A DNA stretch of 64,000 nt from contig LSRY02000007.1 in NCBI GenBank assembly GCA_001643675.2, forward strand, positions 682,001 to 746,000, given 5' to 3'. The stretch's first letter is position 1; the number at the start of each line of letters is the position of its first letter. The position numbers and the translations under genes are program-made. Below are positions 24,901-38,000 of the stretch, piece after piece. Under the pieces are notes generated by a model. The model saw nothing but the letters and a program-made list of their open reading frames with translations. It was not told where the DNA came from and made no database searches. This stretch comes from Monocercomonoides exilis PA203 (taxonomy: Eukaryota; Protista; Preaxostyla).

Positions 24901-27900
24901 CTCAACAATCAAAAAAGATTTCTTCCGCATTTCCTTTGGCCTTTGATTCTTCCTCTCACATATGCACATCCGAAAATGTTTCTTCAAATAGAAAAATATC
25001 ATTTTTTCTACGTATCATCATTTGGCTGCTTTTCCCTTCATCCTCGCTCAGTCTATCGCCATCTTTGCGGTTTTTCTCTTGGCTCTGGATCGGATTCGTT
25101 GTCATTACTATTCTTTTTGTCACCTATGAACTCGTTCTCTCCATTCAGAAAGCGCACCAACAGGAAGAAGAACGAGAAAATCTTGAAGAATACAAGGAGC
25201 GTGTTCTGATGCATCAAAACAAAGCAAAAGATGGATCCTACATGAGCGATGCAAACAGGAGGAAAAATGATGTACTGTCATTATCACAAAGTCAACAAGC
25301 TTCTTCTCACATTTCGGCATATCCTTCTTCACTGGCAGAATTCCACCCGTCAGATCTTCAACGTCAGATGACACAATCATTTTCTTCATCCAACTCTTCG
25401 CGGTTAGTTTCATCTGGCGCACTTCAAAGCTCATCATCCGCGCTTCGCTCTCATTTAATTCCATCAGCAACAAATGCACATGCTTCCAAAACATTAGCTT
25501 TGCCAACATCTCAGTTTCCTTCTTTGCGTCAGCAGCAGATATTGTCTCATCGATATGATGATCCTCATCGAAGCTCAGTGAATGAGTGGATTCCACCAAA
25601 TTATCCACTTTCATCGTTGGATTATCTCCATTCCTATCCAAGCTTTAAAACACATTCATCATCTTCCTCAAGTTATTCAAGTCAGCAAAGAGAACAAAAC
25701 TTGCGGCGTGAGAGGGAAAAGGAAAAGGAAAGGACGAGAGAAAAGATGAGAGAAAAAGAAGAGCAAGAGAGAGAAAAAGCACGAGAGAAAGAAAGAAAGA
25801 GAGAACGAGAAATCGCGGCAATGCTCGAGCAAGAAGGCAAAAAGCCGCTTTGGCCAAGCATTAAAGCAGGAGCATTGAGCATCATCTCAACGTTGTGGGA
25901 GGTGTTTGTGAAGATGCTCCACTTCTCGCTTGTGATCGCCCTGGGATTTTATTCTCTCTTCCTCCACAGGCTTCTCGTACGGATCGTTAAACTCACTTTC
26001 AGACACCTCAGAAACATTGAGAAGAGGAACATAAAAGGAGGAACTAAGGAAGAGAACGCATTTGTTTTGTATCTGAAGGAGCTTACTGGAAGAAATACAC
26101 CAACACAAATGCCGCGTGTTGACAATGTGAAGGACGCAATGGCAGTAAACGAATGTGACAACATTCAAACATTTCCTCCGCTTCTTTCAAAGATGGCTAC
26201 AAGCAAAGGAGGCGGATGGGATAATGATGAAGATGATGTTGTGGGAAGGATTCCGAGGGAGATGAAGAAAAAGACGAGAAAAAGAAGAAGCAAAAAGAAT
26301 TCCAAAGGAAACACGAAAAATGAAAAGAAAGTTGCGTGGTGGATGTTTTGGAAAAGGCGAGAAGGTAAAAACGAGAAAAAAGAAAATAAAGAAGAAAACA
26401 TTTTCAACAATAAAAATGTGCATGAAGATGAAATTGATGAAATGCTAACAGATTCTGAAAATGAGTCAAGTACTGATTTTTATGATGATACACTGACATT
26501 GAGAAGTCTGGAAAAGAAAATGAATGAAAGAAAGAGAAAACGCAAAATAGGGAGAAAGCATCACTCAAGCAAAAGCACTTCCAATAAAATCAATGGTGAG
26601 CCAATAAATACAACTGATAAAGAAAGAAGAAGCGAATCGAAAAAGATCAACGGAGAAGCAGATAAGAATAGCAATTATAAGCAAAAGGCGGCAGTGAATG
26701 AACTGAGCGAAACATCAGACTCTTTGACGTTTTTGTCTTCCTCCACCTCTTTTGCCTCTTTTTCTTCCACTTCTTTATTTTCTGACAGTTCATATGATGA
26801 TGACGATTTTTCTGAAAGAGACTTGAGCTCATTAGAAGACTTTATTCCAATCGAGATTCCATTCCAGTACCCTTACCACCACCACCACCATCATCCTCGT
26901 CATCATTCACACAGAACACATTCTCTATTGAGCCACAGCCACAACCACTCAAACAACCTGCATCTCTTTGCCTCTAATTGCTTACAAAAGCAGAGGCAAC
27001 TCCGATTACAGCTGTTGTCTCAGCAGGCAAATGAAAACTCCACACAACTGCAGACAAAACAACAGCAAGAGCTGCTTAAGCGCTATTCTTCGTCAAAGAG
27101 TGCTCGCAAGACAGAGTGGAGTGTGATTGATGTTGAGATCCAGCGTCTTCGCGAGCTTGAGGAAATAGTTGGGTGGAAGCACAACAAATGGAATCTGCTG
27201 AAAAGAGACGAGAAGGAGAAGAAGTACATGGAGGAGATTGCTTATCTGCAGAAGAAGGACATCGAAGAGGCACAGCTCAAACAGATGAAGAAAGTGGAAG
27301 AACTGTGGAAGAATGTGCCGAAAGCAAAGAAAAAAGGAGGAGAAGGCAACCAATCAGCACAATCGTCATCATCTACTGCAGGGAACTTTGCTTCTTCAAA
27401 GCAAAGTCAAGAAAAAGAGCGAAAAAAGCAGCAAAAACAGAATCAAGCAACATCGACACCAGCCTCAACAACATCAGCATCTACATCAACAACGACATCT
27501 TTTCCTTCTTCAGCTTCAAATACAACTGTCGCTTCTGTCAATGATAGTAATTCAACAGCCATGCAAGCAATGCAATCAACATCAAATGCAGATTCCATTG
27601 CCAGCGAACAGACGAAACAGAAGGATGAAAAGAGACTGAAAGAAGAAAGAGAAAGAGAGAAAGAATTGAAAGAATTGAAAGAGAAAGAGGAACGAGAGAG
27701 AAGAGAGAAAGAAGAAAAGGAGAATTTTGCGAGGGAGCGAGCAGAACGAGAAAGAAAAAGAAAAGAAAAAGAACTTCAGATGCAAAAGGAGCATCAAGAG
27801 AGAATGGAACGAGAGAGAGAAAGAAAAGAGAAAGAAGAGAGAGAAAGGAAAGAAAGAGAAGAGAAGGAAAGACAAGACCGCATCAGAAGAGAAAAAGAGA

Positions 27901-30900
27901 AATTAGAATGGAGATTAAGAATCAAAGAGAAGAAAGAGAAGGAGAGATTGGAAAAAGAGCAAAGAGACAAAGAAAAGAAGGAGAAAGAGAGAATGGAAAG
28001 AGAGCGGCGAGAACAAGAAAGACAGCAACGGGAAAAAGACAGAGAAAAAGAGAAGTACGGAATGTTTGTGAGCGAAGACTGGATGCTGAGAGAACGAGAA
28101 CGAAGAGAAAGAGAGCAGAGACAGCTAAAAATACGTATTTTGGAGCCAAACAAACCGAAACAAGCGAAAAAGGAGACATTTTTGAATGTTTATCAGTCAG
28201 AAAAAGTGAACGAAAAAAGCCCATCAAATGCTCAATCACGAACACAACACAGTGAAAACGAGGCAACAACTCAGAATCAGATGAATGCAAGCCAAGAGAA
28301 TGCAGAAGACTTCAATTTGAATCCGATGCAGCCACAGTATCAAGCAAGCAAAGAAGATATTTCGCTTTTTGATCTGATTGAAGAAGATGGCATAGATGAG
28401 TTTATGCAGACAGAACTGTATTCAACTTATTCAGAGCATTCGACAGTCAGCGATGGCAACGAAAGAAGGGCAAATGAGACGAGTGAGGTTGAAAGGGTAC
28501 GCTCCTCTCAGATTGAAAAAACTGACAAACCGAACGAAGAGAATTCTTCAGCTGGAAACGCATCAACAACAAAGACGGGAGCGTTTTCTTATGTTTCGCC
28601 TTATTTAAATGGTGATAATTTCTCAAAGTTACCACGCATTATACCAAAACTTACACTCGAAGAGTTAGACAGAAAAGATACACCAAATAACACAGGAAGA
28701 AGATCTCTCAATGAAAATTCACTTTCAAAGGATGGCTTATCCACAAATGTGTCATCAATTAAGCGTGTTATTTCATCCTCAGACATTCCTCTTACCCCAG
28801 TTCCAGGTGAGCCTGTTGCTTATTCTTCTTCAACTGCTACTTCTTCAAGTTACTCTTCTTTCTCTTCGTATTCAACTCCATCTGTAATCAACACCGTGAT
28901 TGGCAACAGACAAAAAAGCAAAATCTCAAAAAATGTATCAATCATTCCACCAAGCTATGCCTTCAATGAATCTTCGATGCCTGATCTGCCTCCAACTCCT
29001 ACCTCTGCTTTTGCCAACTTATCGCCTGCAATTGACAGGATAAGCCGTTCTCATCTGTCAACTTCTGCATCTCCCCACGTTGCATCAGCATCATCATCTT
29101 ATTCTACATCTTCTCCTTCTATTCATTCTTTCCCCTCAACAGCTACTCCTCCTCTTCCTCTTCCTCCGCTTCCTCTGTTTCTTTCTCCGCCTATACGTAA
29201 CACTCGCAACAGAGCAGCCGGTTCAACAACACCAAGAAGCAGAGAAATTGAGAGAGTTGGCTTGAAAGAGAAGGATGTCAAAAGATCAATCAGCATGGAA
29301 GACATGATGTACTATCCAAATGATCAGTCAAATCGCTCTGATGCTTCTGAGTCATTGCCACCTTATTCATTCAACGAGAAAGCAGGAAACTTTTACGAAG
29401 ACGGAAGAGTCTCAACCGAATTCGAAGGGACGAAGCACAATTACCCTCACAAATTATATCATCATTCAGTTTCTGAATCAACAGATGGCTCGTTTTCTCC
29501 TTCATCTTTGTCTTCGTCCTCTTCCTCCTCTTCCTCTTCCTCCTCTTCTTCTGTTCCTCATTCCTCGTCCATCCGTCTAACAAGGCAGATGCTGCAACAG
29601 CCAGTCACAACTCCGCCTGTTGTTTCCATCCCACCACAGCCTGCTCCGCCTCTCATGCAATCGCCTCCAGCTTTCTTTTCATCGCACGCCAGTGTGCTCC
29701 CTGCAAACAGGGCCAATCCTCTTTCTGGGCAGAACTTGCCTCGCCAGGCAGATTCCAGCAACTCGCCGTACTTGCCTTCTTCTTCATCTTCGTCTTCATC
29801 GTCGTCTTCTTCTTCTTCTATTTCAGTTATATCTCCTGCAACCATGTTAATTCAGCCTAGCTCATCTGTTCATTCACCATCAACATTGTCAATATTTCCA
29901 TCAGCTCAACCACAATATGATTCTCGCTTTTCACTCGTTCCTGAGCATGTTCGCCAAGGAGAGGTGTGTTTCGGAAGCTTGTGTGATATATATTTTTATG
30001 AAAATGAATTTTTACCTTTAAGAATAATTGAACTTGAAAAATTACTATCGTTGAATTCTTTGTATTTTAAAACCTTTTTTGATTCTTTTATTAATCGTTG
30101 ATGATTCATAATGTCTTTATACTTGATGTTTATATAATTCTCTATTTTCCAGAATGCCTATCCATATGCGTCTTTCTCTCCTCTGTTCGAGCGGGAGAAG
30201 TTCAACAGCCCGCCGCCAATGTATACTTATCTGTCTTCATCCACCGCGTCTGCCTGTTCTGCCTCTTCACCTGCGCCTTCTTCGTTTGTGTCGTCGCATC
30301 TGTCTTCTGTTTCGCCGTCTTCATTGAGCGACGTTTCGATGTCAGTTGACAGCAACGAGCAGCTTCTACAGCAGTCTCAATACAGAAACTTTGACACACA
30401 AAAGCAAATGGCTTCACAAAATGGAACTTTGCCGAGTTTCTTTTCCACGGCTGCGTTAGCTTCGACATCATCAGCTGCAACTTATTCTCTTTCGAACACA
30501 TCTTACTCTTATCCGTCTTCAGAAACAGAATATCCACAGCCTTCCATTGACTCCAATACGTCAACACAGAATGATTCTCCAACCGCAAAGCCAACTATTT
30601 CATCATCATCTTCTTCGGATGCAGAAACAGCCGACTCCACATCCCCGAAGCTGATGGAGCCTTCTTCAGATCCGCTGGATTCCACTTTGTCTTCTTCCTT
30701 TGAAACACACCAGCCGTATGCTCTGTCTGCCACATCTCCTCCCTTTTCGCCGAGGTATTCGCCTCCGCCTTTGCTGGACGACAGCCATCCGTTTTATTCG
30801 CTCGGCCTCGACTCTTTTTCTTTCAATTCTCCTCCGCCGCCTCTTTCTCATTCTCCGAATCCTCATTCCTCTTTCTTCTCTTCTCATTCTTCGTCCTCTT

Positions 30901-31514
30901 CGTCCTCTGCTGATGCTTCGTATCCGTCTTCTCCTTCTTCGAACAGCCATGATCATCTGTTTTCATCAGACTGGGGATTTTCGTTGTTAGCACCTCCTCA
31001 TTCTTCATCTTCATCATCATCGTCATCTTCATCATCGACGTCAGCTGCAGAAACGTCTTCTTCTCCTTCCTCTTCTTCCTCCTCTTCTTCTTCAACTTCT
31101 AATTCTTCTTCGTCAATGGCATCACAAAATTATATATCATCGTTTTTCAATTTGGTTGATGCACCGACAAGCCCTCGCAGCCAATCTCCTTCCGTAGCAG
31201 TTCCGCTGTCTCCGCCTTTTTCACTCAATTCGTCGACTTTCTACAAATACGCAGATGAGTCTGAACACAATCCTATGCTTCTTCATTCTTCTCTGCAGCA
31301 GTTGCATTCCTCATCCACCGATTCTCCATCGACATCCATCGGCGACCCGAATCCTTCATCGACTTATATGTCTCATTTGTACGAAATACACAATAGTTTA
31401 AGCCTCGAGCCGTCATCTCTTGCAAGTGGGCACGTACAACGCAGCGAAGAACAACGCTCCAGACTGGGAAGATCTCTGGGCTCAAAGGAAAAACAAGAAG
31501 ATTCCGTGAAGTAG
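17620..31514 (+). CDS. Giant (~4,500 aa) low-complexity multi-pass membrane protein of unknown function, 3 exons
   Basis: Exon 1 (MQRPKSRLLF...SLKE) splices in frame across intron ~17833-17903 to the 4037-aa ORF. That ORF splices in frame across ~29963-30152 (GAG|AAT GCC TAT) to the 431-aa ORF. Several hydrophobic segments, poly-S tracts, E/K/R coiled coils and His tracts. Confidence 0.8.
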
Positions 31515-32256
31515 GACAAAATTTCAGAAGACAATCTTGAATTTAAAAAAATAGAATAAAAGTGATTTTTTTAATGTCAATTTTTTTTGAGCCATTCATT
31601 CATTTAATAACATTTTAGTGCAGTTTTATCAACAAAAGTTTGAGTGATGTTTTTCATTTGAAAAACGAACAAAGAAATTATTACTAAAATAAACTAAATC
31701 AAAAATGGAAAAGTTGATACTGTATTCTATTCTGCTTGGAAAATGCAATGGAAAAAAAAAGATTTCCAAAAAGTTCGACAGTTTTCTTTTATTTCCTTTT
31801 TGAGTTATTGATATTTCACATCATTTTACTCCGAAAAAAAAAACACAGAGTAATTAAAGTGATATATTTCTATTCATGCTATAAAAAATTATTTGTTGTA
31901 AATTTTCATTTCAAAGGTTCCAATTCAAAAGATTGAAAAAATAAATAATAAAAATGATATCTTCATTTGCATTGCACTGATATCTGAAATGAATTTGAGA
32001 AACAACGAAATCAGATGAAAATTACAAGCGTAACCAACGATATACAAAATAATAATAATTTTTTTTTGCATTGTTATGCAAAAGCTTAAATATTATTACA
32101 AACAAATTAAAAATACAACCTGAAATCAAATTAAAAAAAAAATTTGAAAGAAAAGAAAATCGCATTTTCATCTTTCTCACTTTTCCAAAAATCATTTAAT
32201 TGAATAAAACATAACGTTTTTCAAATGGCTTCTCTCTATCAGAAAGAATACTCATC

Positions 32257-33461
32257 TCAATCATCAGCAGGGGCTTGACCATAGAGCAAAAGAGAAATAT
32301 TTTGCCAATATGTGCGAAGGAATACAACAAACATCGCCGCAATAAACCTAAACGAAAGAGTTACGGTATTGACTGAAATCAGAAGCTCAACCAAAAATTG
32401 TAATCCTCCGAGGAATTTTGTACCGGTTTTTGTTGGGCCCTGCATTCATTAAAACACAAGAAAGTATTTACAAAACCGATAAGTTAAAAAAATACAATAA
32501 AACAATAAATAAACAACTGACAAACCAGAGTGTTTCTGCCTGGAAGAATGATTGCACCACGAACAGTCCACACAACAAGAAACAATACGTGAACAACAGT
32601 CAGCAAGCAGCCGACAAACATGCATCTGCGCTCAATCTTATAACTGGGAACATATTGCGGAATAAGTTGGTCAATAGATGTCAAGACTGGCTGAGGATTC
32701 GCAAGAATATATTTTGCAGGCTTCATAAAAAACAAGTAATGCAAAATTGTGTGAAGAATTTGCTCAAATCCATCGATAACTAAAAACATCTATATTTCAA
32801 ATAAAGGAAAATCAAAACTTAATAAAAAAATACATTGTAAATGTTCGTACTTGCATTGGAATTTTTTCACCTGCTCTGTCTGTTGTTGTTGCAAAACCGC
32901 AAATGATCATTGCAACTGCCCATACAAATTGAACGGCCATCCATATAAATGTATTTCCAACTTTGCTAAAAGGAAACAAATAAAGTTCATTCAAATTTTG
33001 TACGAATTCCTTTTCAATATTTGATTCAATTCCAGCTGCTGAAAGCATTTTTTTATTTCCACTTTCGCCTGCACTTCTAGTTTCCAGAGTGTTCAGTGCG
33101 GCAGAAGAGGAACTGTTTTGATCATTTAAACTGATGTCTGATTCAGGATCTGGCTCTGGATCTCCAGGAAATGTCCAACGAGTATCTCCGTCATCTTAAA
33201 GGAAAGCGATAATTAAATGATAAAAACATGTATAACCATACCATTGTAGTAATAAGTATCTCCTTTAAATGACATTATCAAACGGAATATTTAATTATTC
33301 AAATTTTAACAAAAAAATCAACAACATTAAAATTGAAAATTCAAATACCGCTGGACTGATCAATTGCAGAATACCAACCTAAAAGAGAATTGAAAGAATT
33401 ATTCTGAAAAAAAAAAACAGTTTGATCTTTAACCTGGTGGAAGTTCTCTTTCAGAAGACAT
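32257..33461 (-). CDS. WW-domain multi-pass membrane protein
   Basis: Micro-exons 33461-33434, 33378-33349, 33262-33242 plus the exon from 33194 give MSSERELPPGWYSAIDQSSGDTYYYNDDGDTRWTFP (WW consensus). This continues into ORFs 32812-33048, 32484-32789 and 32257-32445, which have hydrophobic helices. Confidence 0.85.
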
Positions 33462-33899
33462 TTCTATTTATATTAATGGCTTTTGGATCAATAATAATCT
33501 ATTTTTTATTAGGTATTTCGAAAAAATAAACTTGAACAGAATAAAATGGAATAAAAATAAAAAACAATTAATTAACTCACATCATTAAAAATTTGTCTTC
33601 AATTCAAAGAAGAAATGCTTGACACTATGCATTTGTATCTTTTCATAAATAAAGAGGGGAAGTATAATCGGTTCAAAGAATAAAAATTTCTGCATTTTGA
33701 ATGCATTAATAGTCTGCTTTCATTTTAATATTGAGAGTTTCTTTATATGTGTTTAACATTTCTTTATATTAGCGATCAAAATTGAATAACTGTCAGTTTT
33801 TCACCGCAAAAATTTGAAATGATGTTGTGCTAAAAATAAACTCTGATTGAAAGGATATTTATCCAAATTAAATTGTCTTTGAAATGGCGATATGATTTC

Positions 33900-34827
33900 C
33901 TAACTTGTGATACTCAGCCAAGTTATACTTACACAAAAAAGGCAAACAGGATATAATGCAAGTACAACACGATTCGCATCAACGACACTTCTAAACATTG
34001 GAATAAGAGCTATAAAACAAATAATGATAAAATTGTTGAAAATATCTTGCCAAACAAATACAACACCTATTAATGCCCATACAAGGGCTGCAATACCCAA
34101 CACTCCCTTTACAATTGTTGTTGCCAGTAGGCCTGCGGTATATGACAAAATCAATCCTATTAAAGCTATTGCTGCAAAAGGAAATGCCACATATCCAAGC
34201 AAGCAAACGCTCTGGAAAAATGATCTTTTATCATTGTATTGTTCAAAAAAATTCAAAACAAATTCGTTCATTATATTTAAAAGAAAAATAGAATTAATAA
34301 AAAATATCAAATACATTTGCCCCCCAAGAAGTGTAATGTTTACGGTGACAGCAGTAGATCCAAGCCACATTACAACAAAAACTATCGAAAAAAGAACAGA
34401 TGGATCTTTTTTTGAAGATTTCGTTCCAACGAGGCAACTGATGAAAAAACAGATAAAATTTATATTAAAAAGTTATTCCTTTAAATGCGTTATATATATA
34501 TTTTAATACCAAGCTAATGTGAGGCATATTAACAGAGGACCCCACAAATCCCCTAAAACGCACAGTTAATATGCACAAAAATAATCACAGAACACTTAAG
34601 TTAAAATAATAAGGAATCTGTTTCATACAATTTCGAAGTTCCTTTTGTAAATCTTTTCGTCTGGATGGAATAAGAACAACCGCAAGCTTTTGAACAATTG
34701 ATCGACCATCTCTCAAAATTGACTCCATTACACTTTCATTAAGCGTATCTGAATCTTCCAATGTGAGAACATCATCTGACATTTCTCCTCCTTCATCAGA
34801 AGGAAGAGGATCCATAAAACTTGTCAT
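33900..34827 (-). CDS. YIPF6: Yip1-domain Golgi membrane protein, YIPF6/Yip4-like
   Basis: TLNESVMESILRD...LRNWDLWGPLLICLTLA (spliced)...WLGSTAVTVNITLLGG..SFFQSVCLLGY...LALYPVCLF. Confidence 0.9.
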
Positions 34828-35088
34828 GAGAAAAAACTTTTTATGGGATGAATTTCACAACAAATAAATATTTAAATCTTGATTTAAAATAACTCTTTCA
34901 TTCTTGTACTTCAAACCAACGGAAATACTTTCCTATAATTAAACAACGTAACAACATATGAATAATTGGAAATATTAAAAAAATACGAAAATAACACGCA
35001 AACTGCTTGCAAATAATAATAAGGCAAATCATATAAAATACAAAAAGATAATAAATAATAATACATCAAGCCCACAAGTTAAATACTT

Positions 35089-38000
35089 TTATGTTAAAAG
35101 GAAATTAGGATCTTGAATCTGAAGGTGCTTCTTTTTATGTTCATGAGAAGATTTCAATTTTGAATATTTGAACCTTATTCGAAAACGTATCCCACAAAAG
35201 AAAAATACTATTAATCCAATTATTGTGCACATCACGACAGTTCCGCACACAGCAAGCGTTACAATGCGCTCTCTTCTACTCGCGATCAGATTATTCACCT
35301 TGATTTCGATTGGGGTTTGAGTGAACGTGTATCCGCCATCACAGGAAATAAAGAAATAAAGGTGTGAAGGAATACTTTTGGAAGAAATGGAGGAAACATT
35401 TAGTGATGATTGGGTGGTAAGCACAAATGAAGTTGTATCAGAATCAACAAAAGCACGGATATCAAACATAAGCTGATTTTCTGAAAGAACTAATGTTGGT
35501 AGTTTTGATTTTAAAGGTAACACTGGTACAGAAGCACGGGCCAAAGAAGGATAAGAAAAGTTGGATATCATTTTTTGTGAATTTGCTTGTGATAGATTTA
35601 TTCCATGGTGTGTTTGATAATCCAAAGACGATGGCTGAGAGTTGGTTGTAGTTGTGCCTAAATCATCAATTTCCTCATTAAATTTTGATAAATGAGATTC
35701 ATTAATAACTGGAACTTGATTCACAGTAGATATGCAGAGCATTGGTCTAAATGGCATAATTCCAACCCCTCTGAACATCATAACTGGTAGCATTGGAAAG
35801 TCTGTTGCATCAAAATTTGAAACAGATGGCAACACTTTTGTGGGCGGATTCAATCTGCATCTCGAAGCATCACTGATCGTCTCTATGTGTTCTCTGCATG
35901 TTGAGTCACACAATAACGAAGGATGACTTGCATTGAAGGGATCTTTGCTGTGAATAATAAGGAACGATGAATCGCAGGCGCTGTCAAGTCCAATCACCAC
36001 ATTTTCGATTTCAACGTTGTTCGAACCGAACTTTGTGTCCATGTCTGCTTCGACAATCGCTCCAGAACGAAGCGAAATGCCTGCGTTGTTGTTCTTCGAG
36101 AATCCGCAGTTCGAAAGCAGAACATGAGAATAAGAGATGCGGTTATGAACAGACGAGAAAGAAATATTTCGCTTCATCGAAGAAGAATTATTTGTCGAAG
36201 TTATTTTCGAATGCCTTTTCAACGAATTGCCAGCATGATTCAATTCATTTACGAAATCTGGCATAAATGGAAATTCTGAAAGAGAAGCACTTTCGAAAGC
36301 ATCTGCTCCAAATACAGAAATTGCACCACCACAAGGAAACAGTTCCCAGTTTGAATTTGAGGAGTGATATTTCCTAGTTGTTTTTGATCTATTTTTTGCA
36401 AGTTTTTCATCCAAAGAAGACTTTAATCGATTGTTGTTTCCAGCTGCCAATGAAAAATGTTTGCAAGGAGAAAAAGAAGAATCCAAATCTTGATTGCAAT
36501 GATTGTCAGTAAAAGATGTGGTTGTAATAATAACAGATGCATTTTCACCTTCATTGAAATGAAGCCATTCAAGATTGTCTTCTGCAATTTCGTCCACTCC
36601 TTTAAGATAAGAGCTCTCGATTAAATTTTTGTTTTGAACATGATTTTTCATTCCATTTTCATTCATTTCCAAATTTTCTGCCATTCCTTTTAGAGATTTT
36701 TGATATGGAAGACCCAACACGCATATAGCGCCTCCGCTCTGCGATGCAACATTGTTGACGAACCTGCACTTGCTAATAAAAGTTATGATGGTCAAATATT
36801 CTGTCGATGCCTCTGCAAAGACCGCTCCTCCGAACGATGCTGAGCAATTGTCAAAGACTGAGCCAACGAATTCAATTGTTCGATATTCTGAGATTGAAAA
36901 GACGCTGAAAGGAGCAATCGAAACGGCTCCTCCGCGTAGCTTAAATAACGCTGAGTCTTGCACAGGAGAATTTAACTCGCTACGAGGATTTGTATTATTC
37001 ATTGTTTCAGGGCAGATCTTTTCTTGTGAACTGCAACCAGAGTTTTCGAGAGATTCAGCGGTTGCTTTGTCAGAAGTGATGGTACAGCAATCTTGGAAGG
37101 AGCAATGATCTCTAATACGAGCAGTATAATTGTTTGATGGTACGCAAATAAATAGAGCCCCTCCCTCTTCAGTTGCATAGCAGGAAGAAAATTGCACTGA
37201 AGACAATGAAACCATTGAAAGTGACCAACCAGACAAATGCACAGCAGCTCCACGTGCAGCGGTCAGATTCCGAAAAGTGATATTTGCAATGATTGTGTTG
37301 TAGCAATACGCAATAAACATGCCAGCTCCATTGGCAGAACTGAAAGGAGCGGGCAAATAAGGCGACGGAGCGTCCTTTGTTTGACCCACATAATTAAAAA
37401 AGCCGTATTCTGTCCCTTCGTTGAGGGCACCTTTCACGAAAAGAGTATTTGCCCCAACAACAGTCAAAATCGGATTGTGACTTACTTCTTGTTGATATCA
37501 ATATAGATAAAAAAAAGCAGATTTAGACATAAAAAAATGATCCTTTAAAAAAAAAAAAAACATTTTCTAAATAATTATTTCACACCATTATCAGAATCGT
37601 TGAAGTCATCAAAACTTTGATATAATTTGTTTAAACTATTAAAAGGAGTGTCCATTTGAAAGATGCATCTATCAATATAAATCTCTCCTTTGCTTGTTAT
37701 CAATTCTTGATTGCATCTTCCTTGAAAAGCTGAAGTTGACATTTCTTTCTTGAATTTTTTACCAAACGCATGCTTTTTATTCGCATTATCTTCAGAAAAT
37801 GAATCGTACTCATCATTCAGTCGTTCATATTCATCGTTTTCTTCGCCGTATACAAGCCTCGTAAAGTGGATTGCCATTCCATCGCTACCAGAGCTGCAAG
37901 AAGTAAAATTACATCCAGCTATATTCATGCTCCTTGAAGATGCAATAGCGCCTCCAGACTTTTTTGAAATGCACCGAACGAAAGTTGCGTTTGTTACAAA

